Shown piece by piece: positions 58,538 through 64,000 of a DNA stretch of 64,000 bases. Source of the stretch: Myxococcota bacterium (GTDB lineage Bacteria > Myxococcota_A > Polyangia > Polyangiales > Houyiibacteriaceae). A model generated the notes under the pieces. It saw nothing but the letters and a program-made list of their open reading frames with translations, ran no database searches and was not told where the DNA came from. The stretch is taken from contig JBCDFZ010000015.1 of the NCBI GenBank assembly GCA_039177115.1, forward strand, positions 10,193 through 74,192, given 5' to 3'. How positions within the stretch are numbered: position 1 is the stretch's first letter; each line of letters starts with the position of its first letter. The translations under genes were made by a program, and so were the position numbers.

Positions 58538-58705
58538 ACGACAACCCGTGTTGTCGGACGGGCCGCTTCTCCCTCGCTGCTTTGCCTATCTCGGCCCCTC
58601 GGGCCGACATTAGCCTTCCGCCACCCCAGGCACCTCGCTCACTCGAACCCGTCCGTGCCGCTTCCACCCGACTCTGGCGAGCCAAGTCCGTGGCAGCACA
58701 CCCGG
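58538..58705 (+). repeat. island repeat copy C (motif + hairpin + block); right part overlaps the 3' end of the transposase gene
   Basis: It contains TTGTCGGACGGG (58551-58562), the hairpin ATCTCGGCCC-ctc-GGGCCGACAT (58588-58610, one mismatch), and a 63-bp block identical to copy B. Confidence 0.8.
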
Positions 58706-59380
58706 CGGTGGCCCCGTCGCCTGAAGCACGTTCCTATCCCTCCGCGCTGAGCTGAACGGGTCGACCCAAGTCGCCTGCGGCTGCTTCTTTCCCAGCTTCT
58801 TCAGGTGCCGCCGCCGGTTATTCAGCACGTACGCCAGCGCATGGCGCACCTGCCGGGGCGTTCGGAGTTGCACTGCATGATACCGGTCGACGAACACGCG
58901 CCCCCGTGCTCGCCCCATTGCGCGGTTGATCCCTTTGCTCACTCGAATCGAGAGCCCCTGCATCCCCCGTGAAAGCGAACGTCGATGCGAGGCCTCCACC
59001 ACCATGTGCACATGCCCATGCTGCACCGACCAATGCAGGACCCGCATCCCGAACCGCCCCTGCGCGGCCCCAATGGCCTTCACGATGGCCCCATAGAGCC
59101 TCCCCGAACGAAGCCGCAGCCGCCGGTCCATCCGCATCGTGACGTGAACAGGCACATAGCCAGGCAGCACCGGCCGCTCATCGTGCACCACCCGATCGCT
59201 CGACTTGGGCCGCCCAGCCCCCTCGCGACGCCCCCCGTGCCGCAGCGAATCGAGATGCAGCTGCCGGTCGCGACGGCCGCGCCGACGCCTCGGCGCTTTC
59301 CCACGCGTTTGCTCGGCCCGATGCCTCCTCTGATTGGGGCGCGACATGCTTTTGAATACCGCAGATATTAAGAAAGTCAA
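58610..59380 (-). mobile_element. IS200-like / REP-associated tyrosine (Y1, HUH) transposase gene
   Basis: 256-aa ORF. VLHWSVQHGHVHMVVEA carries the HUH motif, and RVFVDRYHAVQLRTPRQVRHALAYVLNN is the Tyr-containing helix region. Both are as in TnpA(IS200)/RAYT proteins. The start may be ATG 59347. No second IS gene (tnpB) is present. Confidence 0.75.
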
Positions 59381-59685
59381 GAGGCTTTAAGCGTTTGAGA
59401 CGGGGCTTTCGGGTGAGATGAGTTCGTCTTGGGGGGGGCGGTTCCTCAGAGAGTCGACTTCATGGCTGCAAGTTCGCTCTTCAGAGCAGCTCTTGACTCT
59501 TCAAGTTCGATCGATGCCCCTTGACGCCTCCCGCGGCGCTGCAGTCGCCACGGCGCATCATCATTCCTCTAGTAGCTTCTTCTTTGCGCCGTCCGTCAAC
59601 CGAAACCACCGCGACCCGCCGCTAGCTCGATCGCGCGATACCGCTTCCTTGTCGCAGTCCCGGCTTCGCCAGTCCGTCCTTCGCG

Positions 59686-59776
59686 CCGCTTGCCCCGCGG
59701 CCCGTGAAGCGACCCTGCGGCCACAACTCGCTCAGCTGCTGCATGACGAAGTCCACGACTTCGCAGTCGGCTTCGG
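59686..59776 (-). pseudogene. decayed duplicate of the last ~30 codons of the adjacent GAF-domain gene
   Basis: Nt 59686-59776 align to 59794-59885 with roughly 85% identity by eye. The relic reads PEADCEVVDFVMQQLSEL versus TEADCEIVDYVTQQLSEF in the intact gene, and the frames then diverge. Confidence 0.6.
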
Positions 59777-59797
59777 GTTGATCGGGTTGCTTGCCGC

Positions 59798-61087
59798 TTA
59801 CCCTGCCGCCCGTGACGCCGCCCCGCGCGCCACGAACTCGCTCAGCTGCTGCGTGACGTAGTCCACGATTTCGCAGTCGGCTTCGGTGAACATGCCTGCG
59901 GTGACTCCGTTGGCGAGTTGCAGCAAGCCAAACAATCGCCCTCGATGCACGAGTGGTCGGTAGAGGAGGGCGCGTACGTCTAGGCCTGGGACGCCGTCAA
60001 CGTCTTCTCGGAAGCGTGGGTCTTTTTGGGCTTGGGCCAGGACCAAGACTGCGTGTTCGGCGAGGCTGCTGGCTGCGGAGAGGAGGCCTGCCGTCGACGG
60101 GAAGGCTTTGCCTTTTCGGCCATGGGCGCCGATGCCGCGGGCGGCGACGACGCGGAACTCGTCGGTGTTGATGTCGAGGAGGAAGGCTGCGCTGGCCTCG
60201 GAGGGGACCAGCTCTTCAAACAGGTGGACGGCGAACTCGAGGGCTTCGGCTCGGTTCCTCAGGAACAGGAGGTCTTGGCAGGCCTCGAACGCGGCGGAGA
60301 GTCGATCTTCGGTGCCGGGAGCGGAGACGCTGCTGACGGCGGGCTCTCCTCGGGCGTCGTCCTCGAGCGGGAAATCGATGTCGATGCTCTTGTTCCAGTC
60401 TTTCCACTCGACGCGGACGACCGGGGGGCGCTCTGGCTTTCCCTGCCACACGTGATTGAAGAGCTCGATGCGGATGAACTTGGCGCCGTCCCGGGCCTCG
60501 ACGTCTTTTTGGGCGTCGCGCAGCAGCTTGGTCGCGAGTTTCTCGGCGACTCCCGCCTCGATGGGCCCTGGAACCGCATACATGCGCTCACGAAAATGAA
60601 GCGGTGTTTGCTCGGACGGATCCTCTTCGCGCGTGGCGACCAGGACAAGCTTCTTCGAAAGCTCCGGCGGCGGCGGGCGACTCGAAGGGGGCGGCGCGGA
60701 GGGAGGCGGCCTCGAGGGAGCGCGCTCCGGGGGACGACTCGACGTCAGGGGAATCGGGTTGGCGATCGCTGCGCGTCGCGCTTCAGACGGGGCGACCGAT
60801 CGAATCTCAGGGCGGCTGGGTACGGGGCGCTTGGTGCCAGGCGGGGCTTGCGGCGCGCTTGCCGGCGCGAGCTGGTAGCGACGTCGTTCCCGGGCGTCCT
60901 GGATCATCACGATGCCGTTGGGACTCACGTTGCAGCTCGCACCCGCGGGCACGCCGCCGCTTTCGCCGAGCTCCTTGCGGACGGCCTGCAGGGCCGCAAG
61001 CCACGTCGGTGCCTCGACTGTACCTTCGTACAGCGAGCTCGACGCGCCGAGCGCGGTGATCAGGACTTTCCAATGCTTCACGGCCAC
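59798..61087 (-). CDS. GAF domain-containing protein
   Basis: 429-aa ORF with a Pro-rich central linker. The C-terminal ~160 aa look GAF-like (...LLDINTDEFRVVAARG...VLVLAQAQKDPRF...ALLYRPLVHRGRLFGLLQLAN). Confidence 0.65.
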   Translation of the reverse strand: MAVKHWKVLITALGASSSLYEGTVEAPTWLAALQAVRKELGESGGVPAGASCNVSPNGIVMIQDARERRRYQLAPASAPQAPPGTKRPVPSRPEIRSVAPSEARRAAIANPIPLTSSRPPERAPSRPPPSAPPPSSRPPPPELSKKLVLVATREEDPSEQTPLHFRERMYAVPGPIEAGVAEKLATKLLRDAQKDVEARDGAKFIRIELFNHVWQGKPERPPVVRVEWKDWNKSIDIDFPLEDDARGEPAVSSVSAPGTEDRLSAAFEACQDLLFLRNRAEALEFAVHLFEELVPSEASAAFLLDINTDEFRVVAARGIGAHGRKGKAFPSTAGLLSAASSLAEHAVLVLAQAQKDPRFREDVDGVPGLDVRALLYRPLVHRGRLFGLLQLANGVTAGMFTEADCEIVDYVTQQLSEFVARGAASRAAG

Positions 61088-61187
61088 GGCTCTTCACCCG
61101 GCGAGGTTGGCGCCATGATAGCGAGGATCGGCGCCGAAGTCGCATCCCCGGCTGGCGCGCCGGGCAGGCTCATTGTAGGAATCCGCG

Positions 61188-61865
61188 GTGTGGATCCTCG
61201 TCGTCGGCAGAGAAGGCCTGGAAGAACGGCCTGAAAGCGCCGTCGCGTGCCTTCACGAACTTGGCTGTGACCTCAAGACGGCGAGCCTCTGGGACCGCCT
61301 AGACGAAGAGGAGCTGTCCGAGAACCCGCCGGCCGTGGTCCTGATCGAGGCTGGCGAGGAGGCCGATGCGGGCCGAGCCGCGCTGGTCCGGGTTCGTGGA
61401 GCCCGCCCGCTCCAAGAGATTCCCGTAATTATCGGGGTCACACTGAACGCGCTCTCCCGGCTCGATTCGGGCGACGGGTTCGATGACTTCGCCCTGATGC
61501 CGTACGTCCCGGCGGAACTCTACATGCGCATTCGCCGGGTCGAATGGAGCCGCAGCGAGTTCGCGCAACAGGAGCGCATCAAGATGGGCCCGCTCTGCAT
61601 CGACCTCGCGGCGCACGAGGTCACCATCGAAGGACGCCCACGTCAGCTCACCCATCAGGAGTTCGCGCTGCTGAGCTTCCTCTGCCAGAACCGCGGCCGC
61701 GTGTTCTCGCGCCAGCAGCTCCTCGAACGCGTGTGGGGCGTGGACTACTACGGCAGCAGCCGCACCGTGGACATCCACGTGAGGCGTCTCCGCATGAAGC
61801 TCGGCCACTCCGTGAACAACCTCGAGACGGTGCGCGGCGTCGGCTACAAAATGAAAGAACCGTGA
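61188..61865 (+). CDS. OmpR/PhoB-family winged-helix regulator with degenerate (pseudo-)receiver domain
   Basis: GTG start. The C-terminus LTHQEFALLSFLCQNRGRVFSRQQLLERVWG...RTVDIHVRRLRMKLG...VRGVGYKM is a typical OmpR-type domain. The N-terminal domain has the receiver fold pattern but lacks key residues (see findings). Confidence 0.8.
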   Translation: MWILVVGREGLEERPESAVACLHELGCDLKTASLWDRLDEEELSENPPAVVLIEAGEEADAGRAALVRVRGARPLQEIPVIIGVTLNALSRLDSGDGFDDFALMPYVPAELYMRIRRVEWSRSEFAQQERIKMGPLCIDLAAHEVTIEGRPRQLTHQEFALLSFLCQNRGRVFSRQQLLERVWGVDYYGSSRTVDIHVRRLRMKLGHSVNNLETVRGVGYKMKEP

Positions 61866-62881
61866 TGCGGCCCCCGCTCGCGATTTCGACGGGGGACCCG
61901 GCTGGTGTCGGCCCCGTGGTGACGGCGGCGGCGTTGACTCAGTCCATCGGAGAAGATCGCGCGGTGGTCTTCGGCGACGCGGTCTGGATGGAGGAGGCGC
62001 TTCGTACGCTCGGCTTCGAGGCCGTGCGTCGTGTCGACCCGGCCGACTCGAAGTCGCTCGCGGCTGGTGAGGTGGGTCTGGTGCACGTCGCGGACTGGCC
62101 GGTGACGATGATTCAGGCGCGCGCTGCGACCATCGACGGTGGGGCGGTGCAGTGCGCGGCACTCGACGCGGCATGCGATGCGACGCTCGCCGGACATACG
62201 CGCGCGCTGGTGACGGGGCCCGTCAGCAAGGAAGCCGTGCACCTGTCGGGCGTGTCGTTTCGGGGACAAACCGAGCATCTGGCGCGCCGTTCCGGGGTGC
62301 ATGTCGAACGGGTGACGATGATGTTCCTCGGGCCGCGCTTGAAGGTCGCGCTAGTGGCCACGCACTGGTCGATCAAGCGCGTCCCGTCGACCGTCACGCG
62401 CGAGCACATCGATCGCACGGTCCGACACCTTGCCGACGCGCTTGGCCGGTGGCTTCCCGGAGAGCGACCGCTTCAGATCGAGGTGACCGGCCTCAATCCC
62501 CACGCGGGCGAGGGCGGGCTTCTCGGCACCGAGGAGGAGACCATCATCGGTCCGACCCTCGACGACCTCCGCGACGACCGCGCCTTCACCGAGCGCGGGG
62601 TCGACGTCCTCGGCCCAACTCCCGCCGAGGCCGCGTTTCGGTACGCGGCCGACGGACGCGCCCACGGGGTCGTGGCGATGTTCCACGACCAGGCCACCAT
62701 CCCCTCGAAGCTCCTCGATTGGGGCGAGGCCGTGAACGTTACGTGGGGGCTTCCGTTCGTGCGAACCAGCGTCGACCACGGAGTCGCGTACGACGCCGCG
62801 GCGTCCGGCATCGCCTCCGAGAGCGGGATGATTGCCGCCATCCGTGCCGCCCAGCGGCTCACGGGTGGGCCGAGCGCATGA
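61865..62881 (+). CDS. pdxA: 4-hydroxythreonine-4-phosphate dehydrogenase
   Basis: ATG 61865 overlaps the upstream TGA by 1 nt. [21 protein letters not shown] and [11 protein letters not shown] are PdxA signatures. Confidence 0.9.
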   Translation: MRPPLAISTGDPAGVGPVVTAAALTQSIGEDRAVVFGDAVWMEEALRTLGFEAVRRVDPADSKSLAAGEVGLVHVADWPVTMIQARAATIDGGAVQCAALDAACDATLAGHTRALVTGPVSKEAVHLSGVSFRGQTEHLARRSGVHVERVTMMFLGPRLKVALVATHWSIKRVPSTVTREHIDRTVRHLADALGRWLPGERPLQIEVTGLNPHAGEGGLLGTEEETIIGPTLDDLRDDRAFTERGVDVLGPTPAEAAFRYAADGRAHGVVAMFHDQATIPSKLLDWGEAVNVTWGLPFVRTSVDHGVAYDAAASGIASESGMIAAIRAAQRLTGGPSA

Positions 62882-64000
62882 GCGGCGAGATCGCGATCCG
62901 GGGCGCGCGCGAACACAACCTCAAAAACGTGAGCGTCTCCTTTCCACGAGGGCGCTTCACGGTGGTCACCGGGGTCAGCGGAAGCGGCAAGTCCAGCCTG
63001 GTGTTCGACACGCTCTACGCCGAAGGGCAGCGCCGATATGTCGAGTCATTGAGCGGGCATGCGCGGCGAATCTTGACCAAGCTTCCGCGTCCCGACGTCG
63101 ATGTCATCGAGGGCCTCTGCCCCGCGATTGCCGTGCGTGAGCGCGCCCCGACGCGAAACCCGAGGTCGACGGTAGGCACCATGACGGAGCTCGGCGACTA
63201 CCTTCGGGTTCTCTACGCGGCCCTCGGGCAAGTTCACTGCCCGGCCTGTGACGAACCGCTGTACGCGCACCCGCCCGCTGCGGTGGTTCGGGAGGCGATG
63301 GCGCTCGGCTCCGGTGTTCGCTTCTCGGTGCTGGCACCGGTCGTCCGGGCCGAGGAGAGCGCCCCCGACGGGCTGCTCGACGAGCTCCGCGGGAAAGGGT
63401 TCGTGAGGCTCCGCGTGAACGACGAGGTGCGTGACCTCGAGACCCTCGAGTCGCTCGATGCCGGAGCCACGGTCGAGGTCGTCATCGACCGACTTTCCGT
63501 GCGAGACGGCATCGACGTGCGGCTCGCGGAGGCGGTGGAGCTGGCCTACCAGGTCGGCGGCGGATTCGTCGTACTTCGCGTCGAAGACGGCACCCGACGT
63601 CGCTTCTCCGAAACCTATGCCTGTTTTGCGGGGCGCGCGTCGGTTCCCGTCGTCAGCCCGCGTCTGTTCTCTTTCAATACGCCTCTCGGGGCCTGTCCGG
63701 TGTGCGACGGGCTCGGGCGCACCCGGGTGTTTCAAGAATCGCTCGCCATCGACCCCGCGCAGTCGCTTCGACGCGGCGGCGTAAAAGCCTGGGGCAAGCC
63801 AGGCCTCGCGTTTCACCGGTCGATGCTGGAGAAGGCTCGGGAAGCCGGAATCGATCTGGACGTCCCCATCGAGGCGCTTCCGGACGCTACCCGCGAACTC
63901 CTCGTTCGAGGCGGCGAGGCCTTCGAAGGCGTGCTCCCCGCGCTCGACCGTCGCGCGCGCGACTACGCGAGGCGAAAGCTCGCGGAAGGAGCCGACGAAG
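62878..64000 (+). CDS. uvrA: excinuclease ABC subunit A (3' end outside window)
   Basis: ATG 62878 forms an ATGA overlap with the pdxA stop. I translated frame 1 by hand through ~63840 without meeting a stop, and I assume it stays open to nt 64000. [74 protein letters not shown] and [17 protein letters not shown] match UvrA. Confidence 0.9.
   Translation, partial: MSGEIAIRGAREHNLKNVSVSFPRGRFTVVTGVSGSGKSSLVFDTLYAEGQRRYVESLSGHARRILTKLPRPDVDVIEGLCPAIAVRERAPTRNPRSTVGTMTELGDYLRVLYAALGQVHCPACDEPLYAHPPAAVVREAMALGSGVRFSVLAPVVRAEESAPDGLLDELRGKGFVRLRVNDEVRDLETLESLDAGATVEVVIDRLSVRDGIDVRLAEAVELAYQVGGGFVVLRVEDGTRRRFSETYACFAGRASVPVVSPRLFSFNTPLGACPVCDGLGRTRVFQESLAIDPAQSLRRGGVKAWGKPGLAFHRSMLEKAREAGIDLDVPIEALPDATRELLVRGGEAFEGVLPALDRRARDYARRKLAEGADE

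Noticed and set aside
59418-59861. 147-aa plus-strand ORF between the transposase and the GAF gene
   Set aside because: It covers the relic duplicate and is antisense to the intact GAF gene 3' end. The composition is Ser/Ala/Arg-rich and low complexity.

Overview
This is a GC-rich bacterial chromosomal window, roughly two-thirds G+C by eye. The gene content suggests a myxobacterium-like (Myxococcota) genome: alternative complex III next to an aa3-type oxidase, a TIGR02266-like PilZ protein, a eukaryotic-like Ser/Thr kinase, and many lipoproteins with Gly-rich linkers. That assignment is inference only. Nt 1 to ~50.1 kb reads as core genome. It holds an FAD oxidoreductase plus a NapH-like FeS protein, macro-domain and PilZ proteins, and a long S1-domain protein. 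It then holds tRNA-Val(CAC), meaB, a crotonase, an xth / membrane protein / M1 aminopeptidase operon, ridA, serA-hisZ-purA and a Ser/Thr kinase. A 13.7-kb one-strand cluster (actABCDEF, two cytochromes c, cox genes) follows, then a PAP2 protein, pgsA and a peptide ABC operon with no ATPase gene. Next come a MerR-like / sigma-region-4-only gene pair behind a ~27% GC leader, a discoidin-domain membrane protein, RNase P RNA, a ThDP enzyme with a thioesterase, and DsbA/TlpA-like proteins. Nt ~50.2-59.8 kb is different in character. It is visibly less GC-rich and packed with 13 small, mixed-orientation genes: lipoproteins, 2-4-TM proteins, a SUKH/SMI1-like protein, a GNAT and an acidic protein. These are interleaved with five same-orientation copies of a hairpin-containing repeat, a recurring TTGTCGGAC motif, one IS200-like/RAYT tyrosine transposase, and a decayed duplicate of the neighbouring GAF gene's 3' end. 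I regard this island and the MerR-like/sigma-r4 module as the best candidates for undescribed biology. Neither function can be established from sequence alone. The window ends with a GAF protein, an OmpR-type regulator with a degenerate receiver, pdxA and the 5' part of uvrA.
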